Part shown: positions 1 through 11,251 of the stretch, in pieces
How the letters are laid out: every line of letters starts with the position of its first letter
How positions within the stretch are numbered: position 1 is the stretch's first letter
Assembly: GCA_963785235.1 (NCBI GenBank)
Contig: CAWAUM010000001.1
Span: 96,001-160,000 of the forward strand
Direction: 5' to 3'
Origin: an uncultured delta proteobacterium
Lineage (GTDB): Bacteria > Desulfobacterota > Desulfomonilia > UBA1062
Length of the DNA stretch: 64,000 nucleotides
Notes under the pieces: generated by a model
Seen by the model: the letters and a program-made list of their open reading frames with translations, nothing else
Databases searched by the model: none
Told to the model about the DNA's origin: nothing
Program-made: the position numbers and the translations under genes

Positions 1-726
1 AATACAGCTATTCTTTCCCAGTCCGGAGGAAGTGTGGGTATAGGGTTTGCAATCCCCATAGACCTCGTAATGGGCATCAAGAAGAGCATCGATAAGTACG
101 GCAAAGTGGTGCGAGGCTGGCTTGGGGTCAGTGTACAGGAAATCACGCCCGAACTCGCCAAGGGTCTTGGGCTGAGCACGGCCAGAGGCGCGCTTGTCTC
201 TGAGGTTATGAAGGCTTCTCCGGCGGAAAAGGCCGGCCTGAAGCAGGGAGATGTCATTATAGGAATTGATGGGAAGACGGTGAGGAATACCTCCTCCATG
301 AGATTCCAGATATCCGAGGTCCTGCCGGGTGCATCAGTGAAGGTCAAGGTCTTGCGGGACGGAAAGGAAAAGGTCTTTACCGTTGTGGCCGGTGACCTTG
401 CCAAGGCCAAGATACCAGAGCACATGCTCGCGATACAGGACAACAAGTTTCTCGCCGGCGCAACTGTTGCAGACCTCACCCCTGCCACGAGGGAGACACT
501 GGGTCTCAAGCCCGATATACAGGGTGTGGCAGTCATCGAGGTGGTGAACAATTCGGCAGCGGCAAAGACAGGCCTCAGGCCCGGAGATATCATCCTGTCC
601 TTGAACAATAAGGCCACCAGGACCCTTGAGGAATTCAAGAAGCTGGCCGATGACCTCAAGGGCATCAAGATGAGCATCAGCATCTACCGGCAGGGCATGG
701 TCATGACCATGACCATCATCAGATAG
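1..726 (+). CDS. DegP/DegQ (HtrA) family serine protease, C-terminal part (5' end outside window)
   Basis: Frame open from base 1 (NTAILSQSGGSVGIGFAIP); GKVVRGWLGV linker followed by two PDZ domains (SPAEKAGLKQGDVI; SAAAKTGLRPGDII). Confidence 0.92.
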   Translation, partial: NTAILSQSGGSVGIGFAIPIDLVMGIKKSIDKYGKVVRGWLGVSVQEITPELAKGLGLSTARGALVSEVMKASPAEKAGLKQGDVIIGIDGKTVRNTSSMRFQISEVLPGASVKVKVLRDGKEKVFTVVAGDLAKAKIPEHMLAIQDNKFLAGATVADLTPATRETLGLKPDIQGVAVIEVVNNSAAAKTGLRPGDIILSLNNKATRTLEEFKKLADDLKGIKMSISIYRQGMVMTMTIIR

Positions 727-734
727 CATTTTCC

Positions 735-761
735 GAAGGCCCCCTCATGAAGGGGGCCTTC
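735..761 (+). terminator. GC-rich stem-loop after the degP-like gene
   Basis: GAAGGCCCCCT-catga-AGGGGGCCTTC, perfect 11-bp stem just after the stop codon; no immediate U-tract. Confidence 0.55.
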
Positions 762-790
762 CCAATCAATATTTTTAAGAGCAAGAAGAG

Positions 791-1243
791 ATGCGTGCAG
801 TGGTCCAGAGGGTAAAGGGGGCATCCGTAACCGTGGATGGTTCGGTGCTGTCGAGGATCGGCATGGGCCTGTGCTGCCTGGTTGGGATTGAGGCAGGTGA
901 CGGGCCCTCCGACATTGACTACCTTGCCCGGAAGATCTGCAGCATAAGGATATTCGATGATGAAAACGGGGTGATGAACCTCGACGTGTCAGACATAAGC
1001 GGGGAAATCCTTCTCATATCACAGTTCACCCTGCACGGAGATGCCAGGAAGGGCCGGAGGCCGTCTTATTCGCGTGCTGAGGCGCCTGAAACCGCCAGGG
1101 AGAAGTTCGAAGGTCTTGTTGTAAAGATCAAAGGAATTTTTCCCGGCAAGGTGGAGACCGGAAAATTCCAGGCCACGATGGACGTTTCAATCATCAACCA
1201 TGGCCCGGTCACCATACTGCTTGACAGCAAAAGGCTTTTTTAA
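791..1243 (+). CDS. dtd: D-aminoacyl-tRNA deacylase
   Basis: MRAVVQRV start, SQFTL motif, GRRPSY, NHGPVT. Confidence 0.97.
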   Translation: MRAVVQRVKGASVTVDGSVLSRIGMGLCCLVGIEAGDGPSDIDYLARKICSIRIFDDENGVMNLDVSDISGEILLISQFTLHGDARKGRRPSYSRAEAPETAREKFEGLVVKIKGIFPGKVETGKFQATMDVSIINHGPVTILLDSKRLF

Positions 1244-1261
1244 AGTTTAAAGGATTGCCGT

Positions 1262-1612
1262 TTAACCTTTCAAAGCGTTGATGCGCTCAATGAGTTTTGC
1301 CTCGGGCAGGGCGCCTACTATGTCCCCCACCTTCTGGCCGTTTTTGAAGACCAGGAGATTCGGAATAGAACGGATGCCATATTTTTTAGCAGTATCGGGA
1401 TTTTTATCCACATCCAGCTTTCCGAAGACAATCTGCCCTGCATGCTTTTTTGCAAGGTTCTCCACGATGGGACCCAGCATCTTGCATGGGCCGCACCACT
1501 CCGCCCAGCAATCCACCACGATGAATGGATACTTGGCCACTGCATCGTTGATATCCTGATCCGTCAGGGTAATGGCAGTATCCGGATTATCCACAAATTT
1601 TGCTTCCGGCAT
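1262..1612 (-). CDS. trxA: Thioredoxin
   Basis: WAEWCGPC active site, YGIRSIP cis-Pro motif. Confidence 0.96.
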   Translation of the reverse strand: MPEAKFVDNPDTAITLTDQDINDAVAKYPFIVVDCWAEWCGPCKMLGPIVENLAKKHAGQIVFGKLDVDKNPDTAKKYGIRSIPNLLVFKNGQKVGDIVGALPEAKLIERINALKG

Positions 1613-1629
1613 GATCTCCTCCTTTTCCT

Positions 1630-2607
1630 TTAAGGGGTCTTGGTCCTGTCGTACGAAGTACCCTTGAGTGTGCTGACATACTCGTATGCAGCAAAGGCTG
1701 CGGTAGCTCCATCCCCGCAGGCCGTGACCACCTGCCGCAGGAGTTTGTCCGTGCAGTCTCCGCCGGCGAATATTCCTTTGGCGGATGTATTCATATGTGC
1801 ATTCACCTTTATGTAGCCCTGCGTATCCATGTCAACAATTCCCTTGAAGATTTCAGTGTTGGGGATAGTGCCGGTGAAGATGAAAACCCCGTCCACGTCA
1901 ACAGTCGTTATCTTCCCGGGGTCTCTGACATCCTTGAGCCTGACGGTCTTCACCACCGAGTCTCCGGCGATATCTTCGATAACGGCGTTCCAGGCAAACG
2001 CTATCTTGACATTGGCAAACGCCCGGTCCTGCAGTACAGCTGTTGCCCTGAGCCTGTCTCTTCTGTGGACAATGGTGACTCTCGAAGCAAAATTTGTGAG
2101 ATAGAGGGCCTCCTGTACCGCAGTATCTCCACCGCCTACCACGATAAGCTTGCCATCACGGTAAAAAGGACCATCACACGTAGCGCAGTAGGATACCCCT
2201 CTGCCCGTGAATTCGACCTCGCCAGGTACATTGAGGTGCGCATATTCCGTGCCGGTAGAGATGATCAGGGACAATGCCTGGTGAACAGAGCCCGATGTGC
2301 TTACCTCCCAGGCATCATGACCTTCTGCACTGGTCTTTGCAACAGCTATGATATCTTCGTCAAGGATGGATAGGCCGAATTTGAGTGCCTGCTGGGCAAA
2401 GCGTTCAATAATCTCGAACCCGCCTATTCCATCAGGAAACCCGGGGTAATTTTCGATGAGGTCAGTGGTCGTGATAAGGCTTGTTTTGAAGGCGCTGCGT
2501 ATGAGCAGCGTCTTCATGTTCGACCGTGTTGCATAGATGCCTGCGGTAAGTCCTGCAGGCCCGCCTCCGATAATGATCACATCATACATGACTTGAAATC
2601 CTTCCAT
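1630..2607 (-). CDS. trxB: Thioredoxin-disulfide reductase
   Basis: GGGPAG FAD motif, IENYPG, GVSYCATCDG, GGGDTA, HRRDRLRA; directly upstream of trxA. True start may be 2589 (MYDVII). Confidence 0.96.
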   Translation of the reverse strand: MEGFQVMYDVIIIGGGPAGLTAGIYATRSNMKTLLIRSAFKTSLITTTDLIENYPGFPDGIGGFEIIERFAQQALKFGLSILDEDIIAVAKTSAEGHDAWEVSTSGSVHQALSLIISTGTEYAHLNVPGEVEFTGRGVSYCATCDGPFYRDGKLIVVGGGDTAVQEALYLTNFASRVTIVHRRDRLRATAVLQDRAFANVKIAFAWNAVIEDIAGDSVVKTVRLKDVRDPGKITTVDVDGVFIFTGTIPNTEIFKGIVDMDTQGYIKVNAHMNTSAKGIFAGGDCTDKLLRQVVTACGDGATAAFAAYEYVSTLKGTSYDRTKTP

Positions 2608-2696
2608 TTAGGATTAACATAAAGCAACTTGATTTTAACTCATGCCAATGACTATTGTATATTTAAAATAGAAACGATTTCACAGGAGGTCAAGAT

Positions 2697-3170
2697 ATGA
2701 AGAAGATTATTCTCATAACACTTGTCATGATAGTCCTTCCTGTAATTTCACATGGGGCAGGGTATATCCTTGCAAATTACGGCGATGGAGGCAAGGTTCA
2801 TGCGGCAAGCTATGGGCTCGAACTGGGCGGGATATTCCTTTCTCCCTACCACCCCAATGGCGGGGCTTTCAGCCTCGGGATCGGAGGAAGCATAGCAGAT
2901 ACCGACGAGACTGTCTCAGACAGGAAATACAACAATGGAAACGAGCAGGAGATCTGTGCAATATTCGGGGCTGAGATTGTGCCTGCCTTCTTTGGTGTCG
3001 CAGGGGTAGGGTTTGCAACCCAGGATGTCATTAACCCTGATAGGACAAAAAGCACGGACAATAATGTCAGTTGGATGCTCGGCATGCGCTATGTGGTAAA
3101 GGCATTCAATGTAGGTCTAGGTTATGATTATCGACGCGGAATAACTGCAAACCTAGGGGTGGCCTTCTGA
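2697..3170 (+). CDS. Exported protein, probable small outer-membrane beta-barrel
   Basis: AGGAGG RBS, signal peptide, alternating Gly/aromatic strands, C-terminal ...LGVAF. Confidence 0.7.
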   Translation: MKKIILITLVMIVLPVISHGAGYILANYGDGGKVHAASYGLELGGIFLSPYHPNGGAFSLGIGGSIADTDETVSDRKYNNGNEQEICAIFGAEIVPAFFGVAGVGFATQDVINPDRTKSTDNNVSWMLGMRYVVKAFNVGLGYDYRRGITANLGVAF

Positions 3171-3229
3171 TAAGAGGTCGCCATCATTTATCAGCATGTA
3201 AACAATGGCCATGAGTTTTGCATCTATGA

Positions 3230-4648
3230 ATGACAATGAAAGGGTATAGGTTGAGAACGCTTACCTTTGTACCCATTGTCTCTTTGAGCCTCCTGATGGC
3301 GCTTTCCGGATGTTCAAGCCTCCAGAACTATACCCACAAGGTGGCGCCGGCAAGGGCATCGATCTCAACAGGTAATTTTCAAGGGGCGCTTGCAACGTTT
3401 CCCGAAGAGTCCGCAGAAGGGAAAGATGAGATCCTGATACGGTTCGAGAGGGGCAAGATTTTCCAGGATCTCGGAGAGTTCGCACAGAGTGCTGAGGAGT
3501 TTGAAAAGGCCGCCGGCAAGAGAAAAGACATCGATGACAGGGCGGTGATTTCCGCAAGCAACACGGCTTCCCAGGCCGGGACACTGCTTATTAACGAACA
3601 GATCATGCCCTACGAAGGCCAAGATTTTGAGATCATACTCCTGCATGCCCTCAATGCCATGAACTACCTCATGAAGGGCGATCTCGAGGGTGCGCGGGTG
3701 GAAGTCCGCAAGTCCTATGAAAGGCAGACACAACTTTCTGAAAAGCATGAAAAAGAGCTCCAGGAAGCCCGGAAGGACACGCACTCGGCAGACTGGGAGA
3801 ACTCCTTTATGAAGGCTGACCGTCAGGGATACGAGGGTCTCAAGGAAAAGGCCGGAAGTGCCTATGGTGTGTATCACAATGCATTCGCATCCTATATATC
3901 CGCACTGGTCTATGAACTCGGCGGCGAGAACGATGATGCCTATATCGACATGAAAAAGGCCTTTGAAGCATATCCCTCCTGTCCAAGTCTTCAGCGTGAC
4001 CTTATCCGGTTGAGCAGGAAGATAGGTTTCAGACAGGACCAGGAACTCTGGGAGAAAAAATTCGGCAAGGACATGAAGACCGAGAAAGATTCTATTGATG
4101 TATTCGTGGTCTTCAGCTATGGTCTGGCGCCTTATAAAGTGCCGCTGACCCTTCCCATCCCTACTGCCCATGGGTTTGTCTTTGCATCACTGCCCATCTA
4201 CCAATTCAGCCCGTCGGCCATCCATGGCGGACGTGTCACAACGGGCGGCATCAGTGAGGAGACATCCACGGTCTTTGATGTTGATGCCGTGGCAGCGAGG
4301 AACCTCCTTGATGACTTCCCCATTATCTTTACCAAACAGATCGTGAGGTCATATCTCAAGGCCCAGATGACCAGCCAGCTGTCCAAGGATCATGGGATAG
4401 GCGGTGCGATTTTCGGCACACTCTTTTCAGCCATTACCGAGCACGCAGACCTGAGGGCATGGTCCATGCTCCCTAAACAGATACAGGTGGCAAGAATTTT
4501 CGTGCCCAGGTCCACAAAGGACTTCTCAATTGAATATGAGCCTGGACACGCCTCATCAACCGTACAGATTCCCCAAGGGGCATCTCACGTGATAGTATAC
4601 TGCAGGGCCACGGAAAATGGCCTGGCCATATATACGAAATCATTCTAA
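3230..4648 (+). CDS. COG3014-like TPR lipoprotein
   Basis: Lipobox LSGC, TPR-like helices, PYEGQDFE and ADLRAWSMLP motifs; first gene of the usual COG3014-YcfL-LpoB arrangement. Confidence 0.82.
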   Translation: MTMKGYRLRTLTFVPIVSLSLLMALSGCSSLQNYTHKVAPARASISTGNFQGALATFPEESAEGKDEILIRFERGKIFQDLGEFAQSAEEFEKAAGKRKDIDDRAVISASNTASQAGTLLINEQIMPYEGQDFEIILLHALNAMNYLMKGDLEGARVEVRKSYERQTQLSEKHEKELQEARKDTHSADWENSFMKADRQGYEGLKEKAGSAYGVYHNAFASYISALVYELGGENDDAYIDMKKAFEAYPSCPSLQRDLIRLSRKIGFRQDQELWEKKFGKDMKTEKDSIDVFVVFSYGLAPYKVPLTLPIPTAHGFVFASLPIYQFSPSAIHGGRVTTGGISEETSTVFDVDAVAARNLLDDFPIIFTKQIVRSYLKAQMTSQLSKDHGIGGAIFGTLFSAITEHADLRAWSMLPKQIQVARIFVPRSTKDFSIEYEPGHASSTVQIPQGASHVIVYCRATENGLAIYTKSF

Positions 4649-4663
4649 GTAAGGAGGTACGGC

Positions 4664-5089
4664 ATGAGAAAAATCAACAGATTCTATTTTATTCTAACCT
4701 TATTTGTGGTTGCCTGCGCAGGGACAGCCCCCAATATCCTCAATGTTCAGGCGGGTCCCATGGGTGTAAGCGCCAAGCAGATCGAGATCAATGACAAATA
4801 CCTCGAACGGAACCTGAGCTATGGCGATGTGAGCATAAAGCCGCTTGATGGGGTCAACTCCTTTGAGGTGCAGGTTATGCTGAAAAATGAGAGCGACAGA
4901 GACTTGTCCTTTGAGTATCGCTTTATCTGGTATGATGCACGAGGGTACGAGATATCGGTTGTCACCTCATGGATACCTGCCGTGCTCGGGGCGAAAGAAT
5001 CAAAGGGGTTTCGCTCGGTATCACCCGGAGCAGATGCGGCAGGGTTTAAATTAATGGTGCGTATGCCCCACGGTGTGACGGAATCATAA
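4664..5089 (+). CDS. YcfL/DUF1425 family lipoprotein
   Basis: Lipobox VVAC, YRFIWYD.RG motif, located upstream of lpoB. Confidence 0.8.
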   Translation: MRKINRFYFILTLFVVACAGTAPNILNVQAGPMGVSAKQIEINDKYLERNLSYGDVSIKPLDGVNSFEVQVMLKNESDRDLSFEYRFIWYDARGYEISVVTSWIPAVLGAKESKGFRSVSPGADAAGFKLMVRMPHGVTES

Positions 5090-5118
5090 GAAGAGACGAA
5101 CAGAAGGAGAAAAGAGAT

Positions 5119-5712
5119 ATGAAAAGAACAGTGCATTTCCTCAGCCTTGCAGCGCTGGTGGTTTTTTGGGGCTGTGCCAGTACGCCGGAGGTGAACTACG
5201 GCAACCCTGATCAGGTGGAGACGGTCACAGCGGATTTCGGCTCAACGGACCTGCAGATGATCGCCGAAAAAATGGTGAATTCACTGCTTGCAACCCCGGT
5301 GATCTCTTCCGGTAACAGGCCGGTGTTCTATGTCCAGAACGTGAGAAACAGGACGGATGAGCACATTGACACCAAGTCGGTGACCGACAAGATAAAGGTA
5401 ACCCTGCTCAAATCCGGCAAGGTAAAGTTCTCTGCAATCGGAGAGGTGAAGGACGAGATGGTCAACCAGCTTGAATTCCAGGCGAGCTCCGGGATGGTGG
5501 ACCCGAAAACGGCCAAGTCCATAGGCAAACTGGTGGGAGCTGATTATTTCCTCTACGGAGAGCTTGCCTCCATCAGAAAATCAGCCGGTCGCGTCAAGGA
5601 TGTCTATTATAAATTTACGCTGAATCTCGTGAACATCCAGACAGGCCTTATCGAGTGGGCCGATGAGAAAGAGATCAGGAAGCAGGCGAAGAAGCCTCTC
5701 CTGGGCGGGTGA
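5119..5712 (+). CDS. lpoB: Penicillin-binding protein activator LpoB
   Basis: Lipobox FWGC, STDLQMIAEKM, VRNRTDEHIDT, IGKLVGADY, TGLIEWADEKEIRK. Confidence 0.88.
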   Translation: MKRTVHFLSLAALVVFWGCASTPEVNYGNPDQVETVTADFGSTDLQMIAEKMVNSLLATPVISSGNRPVFYVQNVRNRTDEHIDTKSVTDKIKVTLLKSGKVKFSAIGEVKDEMVNQLEFQASSGMVDPKTAKSIGKLVGADYFLYGELASIRKSAGRVKDVYYKFTLNLVNIQTGLIEWADEKEIRKQAKKPLLGG

Positions 5713-5806
5713 TAACCCTGAAAATCAGGTGATCCAGGTTTGGCTTGACGGGGTGGTGAAGAAACGGATACATAGCGTTGTCTAGTTAAGGGTGGAGGTA
5801 TGAAAC

Positions 5807-6352
5807 ATGGATTTGGAGCATAAACTTAGGAAGGTAACAAGCAAAACTGCGGTTCTCTATGGGACCATAGCCCTGCTAGTGATATTTGCCGACCCTTCTT
5901 GGGCATCGTGTTTTATTGGGTTTATCCTTGTCCTGGCAGGTGAAGCGCTGAGGTTCTGGGCCACGGGCCACCTTCGAAAGAACGAGGAGCTTACCACATC
6001 CGGGCCCTATGCGTATCTCCAGTCCCCGTTGTATCTCGGCAGTTTTATTATCGGCACAGGTATGTGTATCATGGCTATGAATGCGGTCATATGGATCCTT
6101 GCCAGCCTCATATTCTTCATCTCCTATGTACCGAGGAAGCAGAAGATAGAATGGGGCAGGCTGGAAGAGAGATTCGGTGAGGAATTTTTCAAGTATAAGC
6201 GTGAGGTGGATTATTTCATGCCCCGGCTAAATCCCTATCCTGATGGGAGCAAGCATTTGTGGTCTTTTGCCCAGACCATCGAAAACACCGAGCACCAGAC
6301 TGCATTGGCTGTCGCCCTTGTGGCCTTCCTCATCATGGTCAGGGTTTTTTAA
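5807..6352 (+). CDS. Isoprenylcysteine carboxylmethyltransferase / phospholipid methyltransferase family membrane protein
   Basis: Multi-TM protein with LTTSGPYAYLQSPLYLG and E..L..RFGEEF..Y motifs. Confidence 0.85.
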   Translation: MDLEHKLRKVTSKTAVLYGTIALLVIFADPSWASCFIGFILVLAGEALRFWATGHLRKNEELTTSGPYAYLQSPLYLGSFIIGTGMCIMAMNAVIWILASLIFFISYVPRKQKIEWGRLEERFGEEFFKYKREVDYFMPRLNPYPDGSKHLWSFAQTIENTEHQTALAVALVAFLIMVRVF

Positions 6353-6401
6353 GATTGCATTAAGAGGCGGGTTCTTCAGGCAAGGCAACTTGTAAACCAG
6401 A

Positions 6402-6436
6402 TAAAAAGGCCGGGAAGTTATTTCCCCGGCCTTTAT
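6402..6436. terminator. Bidirectional intrinsic terminator between convergent genes
   Basis: AAAAAGGCCGGG...CCCGGCCTTTATT, stem flanked by A and T tracts. Confidence 0.8.
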
Positions 6437-6478
6437 TATATGTTTTATGGATAGTCCAGCAGTCCAGGTGCTTCGAGC

Positions 6479-7555
6479 TCAATCCGATATCTTCACGCGC
6501 CAGCCGAAGGGATCTGACTTTTCTCCATACTGGATCTGTAAGATCTCCTTATACAAGCGTTCCGTCAGGGCCCCTGCTTTGCCGCCATTGATGACGTGCT
6601 CTTTCCCCTGATAATAGATCTGGCCGATAGGAGAGACAATGGCTGCCGTACCTGAAGCAAACGCCTCTTTCACTGATCCGTTAGCAATCCCTGCAACAAT
6701 TTCACTCATTGCCGGTGCCTGTTCCTTCACTTTCACGCCCCAACTCCGCGCCAAGGCGATGACGGAATCCCGTGTGACACCGGGGAGGATCGAGCCTGAG
6801 AGCGGTGGAGTAACAAGCTCATCGCCGATCACGAAGAAGGCATTGCTTGTCCCCACCTCTTCAACATATTTCCGCTCAATGGCATCCAGCCAAAGGACCT
6901 GCGTATACCCCATTTCCTTGGCCTTCTGGCTGGCGTAGAGGCTGGCTGCGTAATTCCCCGCATTTTTGCAGTATCCGACACCCCCGCGAACCGCCCGGAC
7001 GTAATCCTCGCTGACATAGATCTTCGTCGGACTGAACCCTTCAGGATAGTAAGCCCCCACAGGACCGACAATGATGAAGAAAAGATATTGATTTGCCGGG
7101 TGGACACCCAGGGCCGGCTCCGTGGCGATCATGGTCGGGCGGATATACAGGGATGTTCCGGCGCCGCGAGGGATCCAGTCCTGTTCCAGAAGGACAAGTT
7201 TTTTCATGGCCTCCATGAACAGCTCAGGACCGATTGTGGCCATGCACAGGCGCTCTGCCGAGGCATTCATCCGCTTGATGTTTTCCATGGGCCTGAACAG
7301 GTAGATACTCCCGTCCTTCCCGTAATAGGCCTTCAGCCCTTCGAAGATTTCCTGACCATAGTGGAGACTCATGGCCGTGGGGTCAAGGACGATCGGACCG
7401 TAAGGGCCGATGACGGGTTCATGCCAACCCTTGCCGTCCATATATTTTACCGTAAACATATGATCCGTGAAGATCTGGCCGAAGCCCAGTTTGGATTCAT
7501 CTGCCGGTTTTGCCTTCAGCTTGTCCGGTGAACACTTTGTGATTTTGATGTCCAT
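6479..7555 (-). CDS. ilvE: Branched-chain amino acid aminotransferase
   Basis: LGFGQIFTDHM, LHYGQEIFEGLKAY, LYIRP, PLP Lys in KNAGNYA, EEVGTSN, ILPGVTR, SGTAA. Confidence 0.97.
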   Translation of the reverse strand: MDIKITKCSPDKLKAKPADESKLGFGQIFTDHMFTVKYMDGKGWHEPVIGPYGPIVLDPTAMSLHYGQEIFEGLKAYYGKDGSIYLFRPMENIKRMNASAERLCMATIGPELFMEAMKKLVLLEQDWIPRGAGTSLYIRPTMIATEPALGVHPANQYLFFIIVGPVGAYYPEGFSPTKIYVSEDYVRAVRGGVGYCKNAGNYAASLYASQKAKEMGYTQVLWLDAIERKYVEEVGTSNAFFVIGDELVTPPLSGSILPGVTRDSVIALARSWGVKVKEQAPAMSEIVAGIANGSVKEAFASGTAAIVSPIGQIYYQGKEHVINGGKAGALTERLYKEILQIQYGEKSDPFGWRVKISD

Positions 7556-7780
7556 AAAGATCTTCCCCTAAAAAGGATATTAAATTAATGTGTTAAATGT
7601 AAACTATGCAATATGGATCTTTTTGAGTTTTGTTACCATAGCATCTACACTTCAAATGGAGTATAGAGAATATCTATCTATTATCTGTGATTTTGACCTT
7701 ACGGTCAATATGAATTCAGATGTTATCCCTCCTTGAAGATGAGTCTGCAGAGATAACCTTTGCTTGTAAGGAGGGAAAAA

Positions 7781-10700
7781 ATGAATATGTGCACTGTATG
7801 CGGTGCTCCCGTGGTCCCGACCGGCCGCTATTGTCATCAGTGCGGTTCGGGTCTTCATGATCACCAGGCCAGATCCGAATACCGCTTTGTTACTATACTC
7901 TGTACGGATTTAAGCGGGTACACCCTGTTGTCGGAAAGGTTGGACCATGAAGAGCTTCGTACATTCATGGCGAAATTATTGAGCGAAACAACGCTGGTCA
8001 TCAGGAGATTCGGCGGCACTGTGGAAAAGTATATCGGCGATGCGGTAGTGGCAATATTCGGCAATACTAAAGCGAGAGAAGACGATCCTATAAGAGGTAT
8101 CCTGGCCGCCAAGGAAATACACAAGATTGTTGAGGGGATGAATATTCTCCTCCCGGAAACCTGCAACATCCGTCTGAATATGCATACCGGTATCAATACA
8201 GGTGAGGTTCTGATGGACACCGGTATGCCTACCGACTCCATCCACGGAACACTGGGTAAACCTATCAATATTGCATCCAGGCTGTGCGATTTAGCCGCCG
8301 ATGGAGAGATACTGATAAGTGAGGCGCTCGTAACAGAAACCATGCGTTATTTTCAGCTCGAATGGTTAGGCAGAAAGATGCTCAAAGGATTCCGAAAACC
8401 TCTCCATGTGTATAAGGTTATCCATGAGAGATCCGTCCCGCTTGCAGTGCATAGGATTGGCGGTGTTACCTCGCCCATGGTGGGCCGCGAGCATGAACTG
8501 TCTATGCTTCTATCGAAGGCGAGGGATCTTCAATCAGGGAGAGGCGGTGTAACGTGCATCATCGGCGATGCAGGTGTTGGTAAAAGCAGGCTGATTGAAG
8601 AATTTAAGGTAACTCTTGATGAGAGTGTACCATTTATAACAGCAACCTGTTTCGATCATACAAGCTCTAAGCCGTACTTTCCCTTTTCGAGACTCATACA
8701 GGTATTATTGGGGCTCGATAGTATGCATGGCAGCAAAGAAGAAATTGCTAAGGCCTTAACCCGACATGGACTGTCCGGGGAGTATGCCGCTCACCTTGTC
8801 TTATTCATGGATTGTGCACTACCTCCGGTGGTGAATCTCCCGATATCTTCAAGGAGAAAGGCAGTGATGCCATGCTATGGCTGCTCAGTTCTGCGGCTTT
8901 GAATCAGCCTACAGTTTTCTGCATTGAGGATATCCATTGGGCTGACCAGAGCACACTTGATCTTCTGACGTATCTAATCCATAGGTGGGATAAGTCCTGT
9001 CCAAGTCTGCTGCTCCTTACGCACCGACATGGCGTGGCGAGCCCCTTTTTAGCTGCCCGCCTTGTCCTGCGGGAGCTCGGTGAGCTAGAAGTGGGCACGA
9101 TGCTTAATAATATGCTTAATGCCGTCCGGGTCCCTGATACGACGGTTAGCTCTCTGGCAGAAGCAACGGGAGGCAACCCATTCTTTGTTGAAGAGATGGT
9201 CAACTACCTCCTGGAAAAGGGGGTGGATCTATCCGACCATTGCCAAATCGGCCGGTTGGCTGAGCTGCCCACAACCTTACATGGTCTCATCTCTTCGCGG
9301 CTTGATCATATGGGGGCTGCTTCCAAGAGGATACTCCAGGAAGCGGCACTCATTGGAAGGATATTTACTGAAACCCTATTGGCCTTGGTTTGTTCAGAAA
9401 AAGATGTCTTGAAAGAGGGCTTGGATGAATCAGTCAAACACGGATTCATCCAATCTGTCAGTAAGGGGGAATACATCTTCAAGCATGAGATTACCCGTGA
9501 TGTAGCAAGCAGGACCCTCTTGAAGAAAGAGAGGATCAGGCTGCACAGGAAGATCGCCCTGGCCATAGAAGATAGTTGCGGAATATGTTTAAAGGATCAT
9601 GCCTCAGAACTTGCCTATCACTTCGGGAAGGCGCAGGAACATTTAAAGGCGCTTTATTATCATATGGAAGCCGGCAAACACTGCCAGGCAACAGGTGCCT
9701 GGGTCGAGGCCGGTGCGCATTTTTTATCAGCAGAACAATATCTCCATGCCGACAAAACACTGCCCGGTGGAGAAGAGCTGCTTGTGGCCATACAAGAAGG
9801 GATCTGGAGATGCTATCGTGTGTTCAATCCGGGCCGGGCTATTGTTGCCCTGGAAGAGCTTGCGGGCTATTACCGTCTTAAGGGCCTTCATGAGGAAGAG
9901 GCCTTTTGTTCCATCCGGCTCATTAATCTCTATTCCCAGAAGGGTCTTTTTCATAAGGCAAAAGAGAGCTATGACTTTGCCTTAGCCATCATCCGTGACA
10001 ATCCGGTATTGATTGCGGCAACACATACTGTCTATGCCTACACCTACACCTTTCTCGGTAAGCCCCTTGATGCGTTGCGCCTGCTTGATGAGGCCCGGCC
10101 TGCTCTCGATGCATCGGACCGGTTCCTTTATACCATCAATGTCCTGACTACTTTGGCTGCAAGCGTATGGAAGGGTGATATGGAGGGTTCACGTTCCTGG
10201 TACGAACAGCTAAAGAGATTCAGTAGTGCATATATGGATATTGATCTCATGGCCGATATGTGGCTTGCCCACATATATTGCCTTGAAGGGAGATTTGAAG
10301 AGGCCCGTAGGGTTTTTGAGGATGTATCTTCGCGGGAGATGAAGATTGGGATGCTCGCAGGTGGGCTTTCCTATTTGAGGATCCAGGGCTCCATCTATTT
10401 CCGGTGTCGGTATTTCGGAGACATAAAAGGCGCCAGTGCAGACCTGGAGGCATTTAATGCGCTGGATGGAGAAATATACTACCCGGGCTCGTTAAAGGAT
10501 CTATACCGTGCATGGATTGCATTGGAAAAAGGCAATCCGTCGCAGGCAAAGGAGCTCATCAATACTGCACTACCAGGCCTACGGGATGGTGTTGCCAACC
10601 GTGTGCCCTATGCCCTGAACGCACTGGCTGAGGCATACTGCCTCCTGGGTGATTATAACGCTGCACAGAGTACTGTCCGGGAAAGTATAACCTGGAATGA

Positions 10701-10995
10701 GCAAAGGGGCAATGTGGACCAGCTCATCTGGGCATTAAGGGTATTTGCCGAGATATGTACCTCACAAGGTCAATATGATACTGCCCATAAAGCGCTATCG
10801 CGGGCATATCCCCTTGCCTGTTCATCCATGATGAAACCGCATAAGGCTTGGATCATTGGTTCATGGGGGAATCTCCTCAAGGCGGCCGGTAAGTCATTAA
10901 AGGCGCAGCGGTGCTTTGGTAAATCGCTCAAGCTCTGGAAAGAGATGGGCAATCCGCTCCAGGAAAAACAAATGGCAAAAGAACTTAAATCCTGA
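7781..10995 (+). CDS. Zn-ribbon + class III adenylate/guanylate cyclase + STAND AAA ATPase + TPR protein (frameshift near 8800)
   Basis: CTVC..CHQC; cyclase motifs TDLSGYT, EKYIGD, GINTG, NIASRL; VGREHEL, Walker A GDAGVGKS; ORF 8812-10995 continues with EDIHWAD, GGNPFF, winged helix and TPRs. The two ORFs read as one gene split by an indel. Confidence 0.88.
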
Positions 10996-11251
10996 TTTTG
11001 AAATAAATACACTATACACGACAGGTGGCCTTAAGCGCAAAATCCGGGATAAATATCACAGACATTCCGGATGTTGCTTAAAACCTATGGACTGCAGTTC
11101 CTTTTTTGTAATCCAAGGGGCTCTTAATCCTTTAATCAAAGCGGTCTTACACGCCCTTCCCAGCTCACTTTTGCGGCGTTGCTGAAACACTGTTTTATTT
11201 ACATCACAGGGCTAATGTTTTTGTCATTGTGCTCGATAGGTTAAATTATAG

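Noticed and set aside
3230-5712. Three-lipoprotein operon as a novel system
   Set aside because: It matches the known COG3014-YcfL-LpoB arrangement.
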